Shown here piece after piece: positions 29,537 to 39,827 of a stretch of DNA of 64,000 bases. This stretch comes from Chloroflexota bacterium. Lineage in GTDB: Bacteria; Chloroflexota; UBA11872; VXOZ01. The DNA is taken from contig OY760183.1 of assembly GCA_963663275.1 (NCBI GenBank), positions 2,272,001-2,336,000 of the forward strand, given 5' to 3'. Both the position numbers and the translations under genes were made by a program. Each line of letters begins with the position of its first letter. Within the stretch, counting starts at the first letter, position 1. Under the pieces are notes generated by a model. That model was given only the letters and a program-made list of their open reading frames with translations, ran no database searches and was not told the DNA's origin.

Positions 29537-31429
29537 CTAGGCTTTCTCGCTATCGATCCACACCGGGCTCGACCAGGCGGCGTTGCCGTCGGCCTGCAAC
29601 ACGCGGACGTAGTAGTAGCCCGGCGGCACTGCCGGACTGTCGCGCCAGACGTGTTCCAGCGCCGCGCCGTTGCCCGGTACGGAGTGCGCCTCGCGGCCGT
29701 CGCGGATCACGTCTATGCGCGCGAGATTGCCGGCGCCGATCACCGCTACGTCTATCGTGAATTCTGTGGCCGGTTCTATGGCGCTGCCCATGCACGCGCC
29801 GTTGACGGAGAAGTCGAGCAAGATGCGCTCGCAGGTGGTGGCGTACGTCCGGCGGGCCAGCAGGGCTTCCCAGAGCGACTCGCGGGTGCACTCGCGGGCC
29901 AGCACGGCGGTGAGGCCGCCAACCGGGCGCAGCCGGAAATCGATGCCGCCCATGGTGTCCATGCGCGATCCGGGATGGCCCCGGTGGTTGTCGGTGCCGC
30001 CAACGAAGCCAAGCCGCAACCCCTTCGCCAGCGCGCTGCGCGCCGACGAACCGTTTTCTCCCAGGATGACCGGCCCGCCGATTTCCTCCACCTCGAAGGA
30101 GCCGCGCAACTGGCAGATCTCGATATGGCGCTGGAATCCGGGGTGGTGTTTGTTCCAGTCCGTTGGCTGCCAGCGGCCAAAGGTCGTGCCGCCTTCCGAG
30201 TGCGTGTTCGGGTGGTGTGGGATGACGAGCGCGCGGCCTGGCGGTAATTGCTCCCAGAGATCGTTCGGGTCGTCGGGCGTGGGACAGGGCATGTCGTCGT
30301 CCAGGAAATACACGTTGCGGTGCCCGTACGAGCCTGCCCTGCTGTACTCGTAGGCAAGAAACGCCGTGAACTCGCCGGGCGCGTTGTACCGCTTGGCGCA
30401 CGCCTGGCTGTGCGCCCAGTCCTTGCCGCCCTCGTGATCCGTAATCGCCACGAAGTCCAGGCCGCTGATGTGCCGGGCGTACCAGTAGGCGTCGTCGATG
30501 TCGCGCACGCCGTCGCCGGAGAGGTTGGTGTGATTGTGAATGTCGCCCCAATAGATGTTGTAGCCGCTCGGCTTGAAGTGCGGCGCGATGGGCCTACTCT
30601 TGCCGATGACGCCGCTCCGCTCATCCCGCGCCCGCACGAGATAGACGCCAGGCTGCTCTGGGACGTCAATCTGCGCGGAGGCAAGGCCGCGTTCTCCGGT
30701 AGACGCGGTAGCTTCGGCGTTCAGCGCGCCGTCGCTGCCGACCGTCTCCAGTTTGAGCGCGCCTTGAAAGTCGTCACAGACGTTCCCAAAGGCGTCCCGG
30801 GCATGGATGAAGACCCGCGCGTTTCCTTCACGTGGGTTAAAATGCGGCACGCTTACGCCGAGCGCCGCGGGCGCGGCGGGCAGGATGTCTAACGCCGGAT
30901 GCTGCTGAAGCGGAAAGTGGCGTCCCCCGCCCCGCACCGGGTAATCCAGGTTGCTATAGTCGGTATTGCCCTCGATGTCCACGCCTACTTCGAACGCGCT
31001 GTCCACGCTGATGATGTCCTGCGCCTGCGCCGTCTGGCGAAAGCCTGAAACGTAGCTGCCGGGATGCCCAAGCGTGACGGTGAGCGTGTCGCCGCCGCGC
31101 AGCGGCTTGCCCTCCAGCACGGCGTAGACTACGGGGTACTGCGAGTGATGATAGGAGAGCGGATGCCCATTCACGACCTTCACCCTCACGCTCGTGCCGG
31201 GCACGCTGGTAAACGCCACCACGTTGCCCACGTCCCACCGCTGCTTCTCCTGGCGCGGCGGCGCAATCCGCACCCCGCCCCCAATCGCGATACCCTGCGC
31301 GCCTACGGTCACCGCAATTTCCCACGTCCCCCGCTGCCCGACGGTGATCGGATCGTCCGGCGTTATGCGGGCCGTATAGTCGGCCGGCGCTTGCCCGGCG
31401 GCCTGTTCGTGAATGGAATCTGACTTCAT
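29537..31429 (-). CDS. DUF3604-like / PHP-type metallohydrolase (paralog 1)
   Basis: WGDIHNHT, ITDH, GHRNV, IPHHP, GGTDNH, RRTYAT, YYVRVLQ..G..AWSSPVW. Confidence 0.85.
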   Translation of the reverse strand: MKSDSIHEQAAGQAPADYTARITPDDPITVGQRGTWEIAVTVGAQGIAIGGGVRIAPPRQEKQRWDVGNVVAFTSVPGTSVRVKVVNGHPLSYHHSQYPVVYAVLEGKPLRGGDTLTVTLGHPGSYVSGFRQTAQAQDIISVDSAFEVGVDIEGNTDYSNLDYPVRGGGRHFPLQQHPALDILPAAPAALGVSVPHFNPREGNARVFIHARDAFGNVCDDFQGALKLETVGSDGALNAEATASTGERGLASAQIDVPEQPGVYLVRARDERSGVIGKSRPIAPHFKPSGYNIYWGDIHNHTNLSGDGVRDIDDAYWYARHISGLDFVAITDHEGGKDWAHSQACAKRYNAPGEFTAFLAYEYSRAGSYGHRNVYFLDDDMPCPTPDDPNDLWEQLPPGRALVIPHHPNTHSEGGTTFGRWQPTDWNKHHPGFQRHIEICQLRGSFEVEEIGGPVILGENGSSARSALAKGLRLGFVGGTDNHRGHPGSRMDTMGGIDFRLRPVGGLTAVLARECTRESLWEALLARRTYATTCERILLDFSVNGACMGSAIEPATEFTIDVAVIGAGNLARIDVIRDGREAHSVPGNGAALEHVWRDSPAVPPGYYYVRVLQADGNAAWSSPVWIDSEKA

Positions 31430-31437
31430 GGGCTGAT

Positions 31438-33351
31438 TTACTCCGTAGGCGTTGGGGCGCCGTTCTCACTTTGCTGGCTACTCGGTATCACCGGCAGGAT
31501 AATGTGCGACGGGCGCGCCGGTTCGTGGTAGACGGTATTGTGCGCTTCTTCAAGGCGGGTGTGGCGGCCCAGAGGTTCGCCGGTGTTGGGATTGACGTCG
31601 AAACGGGGGAAGTTGCTGCTGGATACGTCCAGCCGGATGCGGTGTCCCCGCGCAAAGACGTTGCTGGTGGGATACATCTCGATGGTGATGGGCGTGGGCA
31701 CGTTTGGTTCCAGGAACTCGGCCCGTTCGCGGCTGTTGCGGTAGCGCGCGCGCTGGATGCTGTCGGTGACGTTCATGGCAAAGCCCTGCGGGTAGTCGCC
31801 GTTGGGCGGATGCACGTCGAGCAACTTGACCGTGAAGTCGGTATCCACGGCGGTAGAGCTAATCCAGAGTTTGACCGTGAGCGGGCCGGTGACCTCGATA
31901 TCCTCTTCCAGCGGCGGAGTCTGGAAAACCAGGACGTCCGGCCGGGCGGCCAGCGGCAGGCTGCCGGTGTAGCCGAAGAAACGCTCGTCGCCGCGTTGAT
32001 CATAAGCCCCGGCCACGAGCACCGGATCGCCGGCAGAAAGATTACCGCCGATGGTCGGCACCGGGTTGGCCGGGTCAAAGGTGAAGGCGCTGGCCCGTCC
32101 GCCGGGAGACGGTGTGTCGGGGTCGAGCGCGCCGTCGGCGTGCAGGTAGTAGGGCGTCCAAGCGGTACGCGCCAGCGGCCACTCGTCTTCCGCGCGCCAG
32201 TGGCCGCCGTGGTCCAGGCGGCCGTCGCTGTTGCGCGCGCCGCTGCCGCCGCCCATGACGAAGATCTGCACCGGCTTGGTCTGCGCCGCGCCGGTATCCT
32301 TGCCTTTCAGCCAGTGGTCGAACCAGCGGAGCCGCAGTTCGTTCATGTCGTAGATCGCCGCCTCGCGGCCAAAGTCCACGTCGCCGGCGTGGGAGACCTC
32401 GGCGCTGCCGGTGCCATGGGTAAAGGGACCCATGATGAGGGTCTGTGGCGAATCTTTCCGCTCGCTGAGCTCGACATAGTTGGTGCACGTCGAGCGCGCA
32501 TACGAGTCGTACCAGCCGCCAAAGTAGACCGTGGGCACGTCGGCGTGCTGGTCGTAGAAGAGTTCCGGCCCGTAGCCGGGACGCTCCCAGTATTCATCCA
32601 GGTCACCGTGGGTGAGCACATCCAGGTGCCACTGCTCATAGCTGGGCAACTCGGCCAGCGGCGACGCGCCTTTCTTCAGCGGCGCGTTCTGCACCCACTG
32701 CGCCACGTTGGCGAAGGCGCTGTCCAGGCTCTGGCGCAGGCGCGGGTCGCTGAGCGCCTCTTTGCTGGTGGTGGCCATGCGGAAGGCGTAGATCATGAAG
32801 CGCATCTCGCAGGCGCCGTTGTGGCGCATGGAGGCGGTGTGGTAGTTCCACGGCCCCTCCTCGACGAACATGCCCGCCAGCCCGGGCGGGTCCAGCGACG
32901 CCAGTGCGCTCTGGGTGCACCCGGCGTAACTGCACCCCGTGGTGGCGACCTTGCCATTGCTCCAGGGCTGCTCCACGATCCACGCGCAGGTGTCGTAGCC
33001 GTCCGGCCCCTCGTCGCCAAAGGCGTACCACTCGCCCTCCGACGTGAACCGCCCCCGCACGTCCTGGATCACCACCACGTACCCCCGCCGCGCATAATAA
33101 TGCCCCTTCCGCCGCAAGCCGAGACCCGTCTTGTCATACGGCGTGCGCTCGAGAATGACGGGGAACGCGCTTTCGATTGCTTCCAAGTCGTCCCCGGCGA
33201 GCCCGACGCTTCCCGCTCTGCCATCCCTTGGCAGCGCCGGTCGATACACGTCCGTCCCGAGCTTGATCCCATCGCGGGCGGTCATCATCACGTTTCGATC
33301 GACTACAACGCCGTACTGTTGTGAGGAACCTCGTTCGTCAGTCACGGACAT
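31438..33351 (-). CDS. CocE/NonD family serine hydrolase
   Basis: RDGIKLGTDVYRP, RTPY, QDVRGRF, nucleophile motif GCSYAG, GGWYD, GPFTH, SSSNFPRFDVN. Confidence 0.92.
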   Translation of the reverse strand: MSVTDERGSSQQYGVVVDRNVMMTARDGIKLGTDVYRPALPRDGRAGSVGLAGDDLEAIESAFPVILERTPYDKTGLGLRRKGHYYARRGYVVVIQDVRGRFTSEGEWYAFGDEGPDGYDTCAWIVEQPWSNGKVATTGCSYAGCTQSALASLDPPGLAGMFVEEGPWNYHTASMRHNGACEMRFMIYAFRMATTSKEALSDPRLRQSLDSAFANVAQWVQNAPLKKGASPLAELPSYEQWHLDVLTHGDLDEYWERPGYGPELFYDQHADVPTVYFGGWYDSYARSTCTNYVELSERKDSPQTLIMGPFTHGTGSAEVSHAGDVDFGREAAIYDMNELRLRWFDHWLKGKDTGAAQTKPVQIFVMGGGSGARNSDGRLDHGGHWRAEDEWPLARTAWTPYYLHADGALDPDTPSPGGRASAFTFDPANPVPTIGGNLSAGDPVLVAGAYDQRGDERFFGYTGSLPLAARPDVLVFQTPPLEEDIEVTGPLTVKLWISSTAVDTDFTVKLLDVHPPNGDYPQGFAMNVTDSIQRARYRNSRERAEFLEPNVPTPITIEMYPTSNVFARGHRIRLDVSSSNFPRFDVNPNTGEPLGRHTRLEEAHNTVYHEPARPSHIILPVIPSSQQSENGAPTPTE

Positions 33352-33570
33352 ACCTTTCGTTATGCAGCACATTAACGGAGCGCATGGTGCCGCAAGAGTT
33401 GTCACTGTTTCGTCTACAGTGTGCCAGAAATCGGCGACACCGTGTGGCAGAGGCTGCCAAGTCAAGTGGAAGACTACTGAAATCGGACTGCGGCAGATTG
33501 CTGAATCGACGCCAACCGATCAGAAGTAGCCGCAGAAGCACCTAAAGGGCTGGGTTGTTGCCAATCCAGC

Positions 33571-35553
33571 TCAAACCCTCGTCACCCAGACGGGGCTGCT
33601 CCACGCCTGTGCCACGCGGCCGTGGACGAGGTCGCGTTGGCGCACGCGGGCGTAGTAGATTGCGCGGGCGGGGGGATTGTCGTCTGTCCAGTCGAGGCTG
33701 AAGTCGAGGGGCGCGCTGCTGCCGGGGAACCACTCCTGGTGAACGACGCTGAAACCGGCATCGGGTTGGTCGAGGTCGGCGCGCAGGACGTGAATCCAGC
33801 GTAGCGGGCCGGTGCCCAGCGCCTCCACGCGCACGGCAACCGGCTGGCCGGCGGCAATCGTGGTTTCGCCGCCCATGGGCTCGCCGTTCACCGTGAATTC
33901 CAGGTAGATGCGGGATCCGGTCGTGCCGTAGGTGCGGCGGTCGCGGATGGCGTCGAAGGCCGCCTCGCGGGTCAATTCAGGCGCCCAGACCGCCAGTGTG
34001 CCAAAGCCCTCTTTGCCCGGCTGCGCGCCGTGATTGTCCGACGACCCGATCACGCCCAGTTTGAGGCCCGCCAGCCAGGCGTCCACCGTGTAGTTGCCGG
34101 GATCGCCGGGGCCGTTGAAGGTGAAGTCGGAGACGTCCATCGAGAGGGGATGATCCGGCGCGTGCTCCTCGCTCAGGCCGTGTGACGAGTAGATTTCGAT
34201 GCTGGGGCGAAAGCTGGGGTTGTCGATACGCCAATCGTGCTTCACACCGCCGCCCGGCCGGGCAAAGCCGCCGGTGTGGTGGGGAATCGTGAACATCGCG
34301 CCCGTCAGGTTTTCGCGTTCGCCTCGCCGCCAGATGTCCTCCAGGGTTTCCTCGTCATTGTAGTAGAGCGGGCCCTCGCCGCCGCGGTAGTAGACGTTGT
34401 GGTGGCCGTAGGGCGCGCCAAAACTCGCCTCATAGCCCAGAATCGTGGCGAACGCGCCCGGCTCGTTCCACTTCTCCGTGTAGGCGACGTTCTGCCGCCA
34501 GTCGTCCTGGCTCATGCTGCGCCGGTCGTTGTGGTCGGAGGCGCAGTAGACGTCAAGCAGGGAAGCGTAGCGCGCGTAGCGGAAATGGTCGTCCCGCGTG
34601 CCGGTGCCGTCCCAGGAATACTGGCTGTGGGAGTGGATGTCACCCCAGAAGAGGCCGGTTTCAGGCGTCTCTTCTGACGCCTCTGCGGAAGCCACCACTT
34701 TGCTTGGGTTGGAGAGACCGTACAGCCTGCCGTCATGGGATGTGCCGCGTATCCGCAGCGCTCCTGATTCCGTAGGCGTGACCCAAAACTCTTGGCATCC
34801 CCAGGTGCTCGCATTGCCCAGCTTAACCGGATTTTCCGCAAGCGTAGCCGCGCCTGATTCGACCACTAGGTGAATAGCGGTTTCCGGCGCGGGCACGGGA
34901 TTGTGAAATTCGTCCAGCGCCACCATGCGCGCGCGCATCTCTCTGCCCACTGCGGCGCGAGACTCCAGCACGAGCAGCAGTTCCACCGGCGGCCCCGGCT
35001 CGTTGTTGAGCCAGGGCAAGGCGCCGTCCGGCAAGAGCGTGTACTCACCCTCGCCGGTCGCGTCCACCGCCGCACGCACTCGCTCCGGCGAGCCGCTCCA
35101 GAGCGGCGGCGTGAAGCCGCGACCGCCCCGGCTCACGTCGCCGTAGACCACGTTGATGGTGTCGCCCGCGCGCAGCGCGCCCTCTGAAACCGTCGCGGCT
35201 ACCGTCCAAGCGTACCGGCTGCTGGGTGGGTAGCCCACGTTGGCGCGGAAGGTCTTGACGTATTCGGCGTCGCTGGCATCGACGACTTCGCAGCGCAGGC
35301 GGACGCCGGGCCGGTCGGCATGGGCGGTGACGTAGAACGGCGCGGTGGGATCCACGCTTTGCACCCGGCGCGCCGAGTTGCGCCACCACTGGTGCCACCG
35401 CTCCGGCAGCGCGACCCGCAAGCCGCCGCCGGTGGCAATGCCCGCCGCGCCAACGGTATACGTCACCACCCACGAGCCCCAATCGCCCGCGCGGCCGGTG
35501 TTGGGCGCAATCGTAAGCGCGCCGGTTTCCGTAGACGATTGAGGGCTATTCAT
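33571..35553 (-). CDS. DUF3604-like / PHP-type metallohydrolase (paralog 2)
   Basis: WGDIHSHS, SDHN, GHHNV, IPHHT, EIYSSHG, SSDNH, RRTYGTTG, AWSSPVW. Confidence 0.85.
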   Translation of the reverse strand: MNSPQSSTETGALTIAPNTGRAGDWGSWVVTYTVGAAGIATGGGLRVALPERWHQWWRNSARRVQSVDPTAPFYVTAHADRPGVRLRCEVVDASDAEYVKTFRANVGYPPSSRYAWTVAATVSEGALRAGDTINVVYGDVSRGGRGFTPPLWSGSPERVRAAVDATGEGEYTLLPDGALPWLNNEPGPPVELLLVLESRAAVGREMRARMVALDEFHNPVPAPETAIHLVVESGAATLAENPVKLGNASTWGCQEFWVTPTESGALRIRGTSHDGRLYGLSNPSKVVASAEASEETPETGLFWGDIHSHSQYSWDGTGTRDDHFRYARYASLLDVYCASDHNDRRSMSQDDWRQNVAYTEKWNEPGAFATILGYEASFGAPYGHHNVYYRGGEGPLYYNDEETLEDIWRRGERENLTGAMFTIPHHTGGFARPGGGVKHDWRIDNPSFRPSIEIYSSHGLSEEHAPDHPLSMDVSDFTFNGPGDPGNYTVDAWLAGLKLGVIGSSDNHGAQPGKEGFGTLAVWAPELTREAAFDAIRDRRTYGTTGSRIYLEFTVNGEPMGGETTIAAGQPVAVRVEALGTGPLRWIHVLRADLDQPDAGFSVVHQEWFPGSSAPLDFSLDWTDDNPPARAIYYARVRQRDLVHGRVAQAWSSPVWVTRV

Positions 35554-35720
35554 GCATTGATCGCTTTCTTTGCCACTTGACGTATGGTGGGGCGCATGTG
35601 CGGTCCGGTCTCCGCGCCGCATTTGACATTCACCGACCACTACGCACAATAGCAAGTAGCGCGCATTCGCACAATCACAAACTACATGGCGCGGTGTATC
35701 ACGGGAGGTATGTAACCGGC

Positions 35721-36428
35721 GTGACGGAGCAAACGCTCAAAGCAATCGTCGCGGAGTTCGTGGGCGGGTTCTGCTTCTTCTTCATCGCCGCGGGTGCGGT
35801 GGTCACCGATGCGTACATCGTGGCGCGCGGCGGGCAAGGTCTGGGCCTCGTCGGCATGGCCCTGGCGAGCGGGCTGGGGCTGGCGGCGCTCGTCTGCGCC
35901 TTCGGTCACGTATCCGGCGCGCACTTCAATCCCGCCGTAACCGTGGCGGCCGCCATCGGCCGCCGGATAAGCATTCGAGACGGCGCTCTCTACGTTGTCG
36001 CTCAATTGCTGGCGGCGGCGCTGGCGGGCTTCACCCTGCGGGCGATCTTTCCAGCCGACGCTTGGCAGTCCGTAAATCTCGGCGCCCAGGCGGTGGCGGC
36101 GGATGTCTCATTCGGCGCGGCCGTCATGATAGAGGCTATCCTCACGTTCATTCTCGTAATCGTTATCTTCGGCGCCGCCTTGGACGCGCGCGCCCCCGGA
36201 GCCGGCGGATTCGCCATCGGCCTTACCGTGGCGGCGGGCATTCTCGTGGGCGGCCCGCTCACCGGCGGTTCCATGAATCCGGCGCGCACGTTCGGCCCGG
36301 CGCTGGCGGCGAACTTCTGGGATAGCCACCTTGTGTACTGGCTTGGCCCGCTCATTGGCGCGGTTTTCGCCGGTTTAGTCTACGGGTGGTTCTTCATGAA
36401 TCCCCAGCGGGAGGAAGGCCCGGCGTAA
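35721..36428 (+). CDS. MIP family channel (aquaporin)
   Basis: AEF, SGAHFNPAVT and GGSMNPARTFGPA NPA boxes, YWLGP. Confidence 0.93.
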   Translation: MTEQTLKAIVAEFVGGFCFFFIAAGAVVTDAYIVARGGQGLGLVGMALASGLGLAALVCAFGHVSGAHFNPAVTVAAAIGRRISIRDGALYVVAQLLAAALAGFTLRAIFPADAWQSVNLGAQAVAADVSFGAAVMIEAILTFILVIVIFGAALDARAPGAGGFAIGLTVAAGILVGGPLTGGSMNPARTFGPALAANFWDSHLVYWLGPLIGAVFAGLVYGWFFMNPQREEGPA

Positions 36429-36507
36429 GCGGATGCGCCGATGTGGTAGAATTCAGTGGCGCGACTTTGTGAAGCGCCGCACAAGCGGGTTACGTTAGGT
36501 GTGATCC

Positions 36508-38121
36508 TTGGCTAAGACATTGATTGAGCAATCAGCGACGGAGCCGGCGCAGTCCCAGGGCCGCGTCGTCATCTACGATACGACGCTGCGGGACGGCGCG
36601 CAGGCCGAGGGGCTTTCCTTTGCGGCCGCGGACAAGCTCAAGATTGCCCGGCGGTTGGATGAACTGGGCGTGCACTACGTGGAAGGCGGCTATCCGGGTT
36701 CCAATCCCAAGGACCAGGAGTTCTTCCGGCTGGCGCAGGAGATTGAGTGGAAGAACATCACGATAACGGCCTTCGGCAGCACGCGGCATAAGTCCACCAG
36801 CGTTGAGAACGATGCCAGCGTCAAGGCGCTCATCGGCACCGGCACGCGCGCGGTGTGCATTGTGGGCAAGGCGTGGGACCACCACGTGACGGCGGTGCTC
36901 GATACCACGCTCGCGAATAACCTGGCGATGATTGGCGAGACCATTGCCTACCTGAAACGCCATGGGCGGGAGGTCTTCTTCGACGCGGAGCACTTCTTCG
37001 ACGGCTACCGGGCAAATCCGGAGTACGCGCTGGCCGCCTTGCGCGCCGCCCAGGACGCGGGCGCCGACTGCCTGGTGCTCTGCGATACGAACGGCGGCAG
37101 CATGCCAAACGAAATCAGGGAGGTTACCCGCCGCGTGCGACAGGAGTGCGACGCGCCGCTTGGCATCCACGTGCACAACGACGCCGATCTGGCTACCGCC
37201 AATACCCTGGCCGCGGTGGAGTGCGGCGTGACGCACGTGCAAGGCACGATCAACGGCGTGGGTGAACGCTGCGGCAACGCCAATCTCTGCACGGTAATCC
37301 CTAACCTCCAACTCAAGCTGGGGTACACGGCCATTGAGGACGACCAGTTGCAGCATCTCTCCGACGCGGCGCGCTATGTGAGCGAGATCGCCAACATGGC
37401 GCTCAATCCGTTCATGCCCTACGTCGGGCATTCCGCCTTTGCCCACAAGGCCGGCTACCACGCCGACGGCATGGCGAAGAGCCGCATTGCCTACCAGCAC
37501 GTCGATCCGGCGCTGGTCGGCAACGAGATGCGGGTGCTCATTTCCGAGTTGAGCGGGCGCAGCAGCGTGCTCTCGCGCGCCGAGCGGCTGGGCCTGCGCC
37601 TCTCGCGCCAGAGCGAAGGCCTGCACGGCCTGGTGGAAGAGATCAAGGATCTGGAGCAGCGGGGCTTTCAGTTCGAGGGCGCGGAGGCGTCGTTCGAGTT
37701 GCTCATCAAGCGCCGCCAGCCGGACTACGCGCCGCCGTTCACGCTCTTGGATTTTCTCGTTCTGGTGGAGACACGCGGCGGCAGGAGCATGCTCTCAGAG
37801 GCTATGGTCAAGATCCGCGTGGGCGATGAAGTTCAGCACACCGCGGCGGAAGGCAACGGGCCGGTAAACGCCCTGGACGCCGCCATGCGCAAGGCCCTGG
37901 TTTCCGCGTACCCACAACTTGAGCACGTGCGACTCTTGGACTACAAGGTGCGCGTGCTCGATGAAAGCAGCGCGACCGCGGCCGGCGTGCGCGTGATGAT
38001 CGAGAGCACCAACGGCCATGCCGAATGGAGTACGGTGGGTAGTTCCACAAACATCATCGAGGCGAGCTATTCGGCGCTGGCGGACTCTTTGGAATACGCA
38101 ATCCTCGTGGCAGACCGATAG
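36508..38121 (+). CDS. cimA: Citramalate synthase
   Basis: DTTLRDGAQAEG, PGSNPKD, DAEHFFDGY, HVHND, GERCGN, FAHKAG; C-terminal LeuA-type regulatory domain. Confidence 0.92.
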   Translation: MAKTLIEQSATEPAQSQGRVVIYDTTLRDGAQAEGLSFAAADKLKIARRLDELGVHYVEGGYPGSNPKDQEFFRLAQEIEWKNITITAFGSTRHKSTSVENDASVKALIGTGTRAVCIVGKAWDHHVTAVLDTTLANNLAMIGETIAYLKRHGREVFFDAEHFFDGYRANPEYALAALRAAQDAGADCLVLCDTNGGSMPNEIREVTRRVRQECDAPLGIHVHNDADLATANTLAAVECGVTHVQGTINGVGERCGNANLCTVIPNLQLKLGYTAIEDDQLQHLSDAARYVSEIANMALNPFMPYVGHSAFAHKAGYHADGMAKSRIAYQHVDPALVGNEMRVLISELSGRSSVLSRAERLGLRLSRQSEGLHGLVEEIKDLEQRGFQFEGAEASFELLIKRRQPDYAPPFTLLDFLVLVETRGGRSMLSEAMVKIRVGDEVQHTAAEGNGPVNALDAAMRKALVSAYPQLEHVRLLDYKVRVLDESSATAAGVRVMIESTNGHAEWSTVGSSTNIIEASYSALADSLEYAILVADR

Positions 38122-38142
38122 CCCTGGTACGAAGGCAGGCGC

Positions 38143-39801
38143 ATGCCGCGTGCTCAATCTCAACGCCGCACCACTGACTCTGCGGGCGCGACAGAGCCTG
38201 GCCCGGGGGCTGCGGAGACCTTCGATCTGGTCGTGTACGGCGGCACGTCGGCCGGCGTCGCGGCCGCCGTCCAAGCAAGCCGGATGGGCGCGTCGGTTGT
38301 GCTTATTGCGCCGGAGCGCCACCTGGGCGGCCTCTCCGCCAGCGGTCTCGGTTTTACGGATGCCGGTAACACGGCCGTAATCGGGGGCCTCGCCCGCGAG
38401 TTTCACCGGCGCATCTGGGAGCACTACGAGTCCCCCGATGCTTGGAAGTGGCAGACGCGCGCGGAATACGGCAATCGCGGCCAGGGCACGCCCGCCGTCG
38501 ACGGCGAGCAGCGGACGATGTGGACCTTCGAGCCGCACGCGGCGGAGAAGGTCTTCGAGGATCTCGTAGCGGAGCACAGTCTCGACGTGCGGCGTGACCA
38601 ATGGCTGGACCGCGAGCACGGCGTCACCGTTCAGGAAGGCCGCATCCGGCGCATTACGACCGTGAGCGGGTCCACCTTCGCGGGCGCAGCCTTCATCGAC
38701 GCGACCTACGAAGGCGACCTCATGGCCGCGGCCGGCGTCTCGTACCGGGTCGGTCGCGAAAGCGCTGCGGATTTCGGCGAGCAATGGGCGGGCGTGCAGA
38801 AGAACGCCCGCCACCATGGCCACCATTTTCCCGATGGGGTGGACCCCTATCTCGTCCCCGGTGATCCGTCCAGCGGCCTGCTGCCGCGCATCAGCGCGAA
38901 ACCACCCGGGGCAGACGGGCGCGGGGATCGCCGGATTCAGGCCTACTGCTTCCGTCTGTGCCTCACCACCGTGCCCGAGAACCGCGTGCCCTTCGCCAGG
39001 CCGGACGGCTACGACCCGCGGCAGTACGAACTGCTGCTCCGGGTTCTGGATACGGGCTGGCGGGAGATGTTTCGGAAGTTCGACCCGATTCCAAACGCCA
39101 AGGTGGATGCGAATAACCACGGACCCTTCAGCGCCGACAACATCGGGATGAACTACGCGTATCCGCAAGGTACCTACGAGGTCCGGGAGCGGATCGTTCA
39201 AGAGCACGTGCGCTACCAACAGGGATTGCTCTATTTCCTATCCAACGATCCCCGCGTGCCGGAGGACGTGCGCACGTCCTGTGCGCAGTGGGGACTTGCC
39301 CGCGACGAATTCACGGACAACGAAAACTGGCCCTACCAGATCTACGTGCGGGAAGCGCGCCGGCTGGCAGGTGAATTCGTCATGACCGAGCACGAATGCC
39401 TCGCCAAACGGGAAACGCCGCAGCCGGTTGGGATGGGCTCGTACACCATGGACGCGCACAACGTGCAACGCTACGTCACAGACGAGGGATACGTGCAGAA
39501 CGAAGGGGATATCGGCGTGAAACCGTTGCGCCCGTACGGCATCGCCTACGGTTCGCTGACGCCAAAACGTGATGAAGTGCAGAACCTGCTCGTCCCGGTC
39601 TGCGTCTCCGCGTCGCACATCGCCTATGGCTCGATCCGCATGGAACCGGTGTTCATGATTCTGGGGCAGTCCGCCGCAACGGCGGCGGCAATCGCCATCC
39701 GGCGCGGAGTCCCCGTGCAGGAGGTCGACTACACAGAGTTGCGCGCCCGGCTGGCTCAGGACGGCCAGATTTTGGAGTTCACACCTGGGCAGCCGGCGTA
39801 G
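38143..39801 (+). CDS. FAD-dependent oxidoreductase (FAD_oxidored family)
   Basis: VYGGTSAG, DATYEGDLMA, YVREARR, SASHIAYGSIRMEP. Confidence 0.88.
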   Translation: MPRAQSQRRTTDSAGATEPGPGAAETFDLVVYGGTSAGVAAAVQASRMGASVVLIAPERHLGGLSASGLGFTDAGNTAVIGGLAREFHRRIWEHYESPDAWKWQTRAEYGNRGQGTPAVDGEQRTMWTFEPHAAEKVFEDLVAEHSLDVRRDQWLDREHGVTVQEGRIRRITTVSGSTFAGAAFIDATYEGDLMAAAGVSYRVGRESAADFGEQWAGVQKNARHHGHHFPDGVDPYLVPGDPSSGLLPRISAKPPGADGRGDRRIQAYCFRLCLTTVPENRVPFARPDGYDPRQYELLLRVLDTGWREMFRKFDPIPNAKVDANNHGPFSADNIGMNYAYPQGTYEVRERIVQEHVRYQQGLLYFLSNDPRVPEDVRTSCAQWGLARDEFTDNENWPYQIYVREARRLAGEFVMTEHECLAKRETPQPVGMGSYTMDAHNVQRYVTDEGYVQNEGDIGVKPLRPYGIAYGSLTPKRDEVQNLLVPVCVSASHIAYGSIRMEPVFMILGQSAATAAAIAIRRGVPVQEVDYTELRARLAQDGQILEFTPGQPA

Positions 39802-39827
39802 GCGCTGGGGGAAATCGCGCGGAAGGA

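Noticed and set aside
31471-33324. Long antisense ORFs (617 aa here; also 2679-3800, 37795-39219, 45498-46787, 47321-48655, 50405-51994)
   Set aside because: These are shadow frames of well-supported genes in high-GC DNA, with no recognisable motifs.
35704-35723. Start-stop uORF (GGAGG-T-ATG-TAA) before the aquaporin
   Set aside because: The ATG is only 1 nt from the SD, too close for efficient initiation. The SD more plausibly serves GTG 35721.
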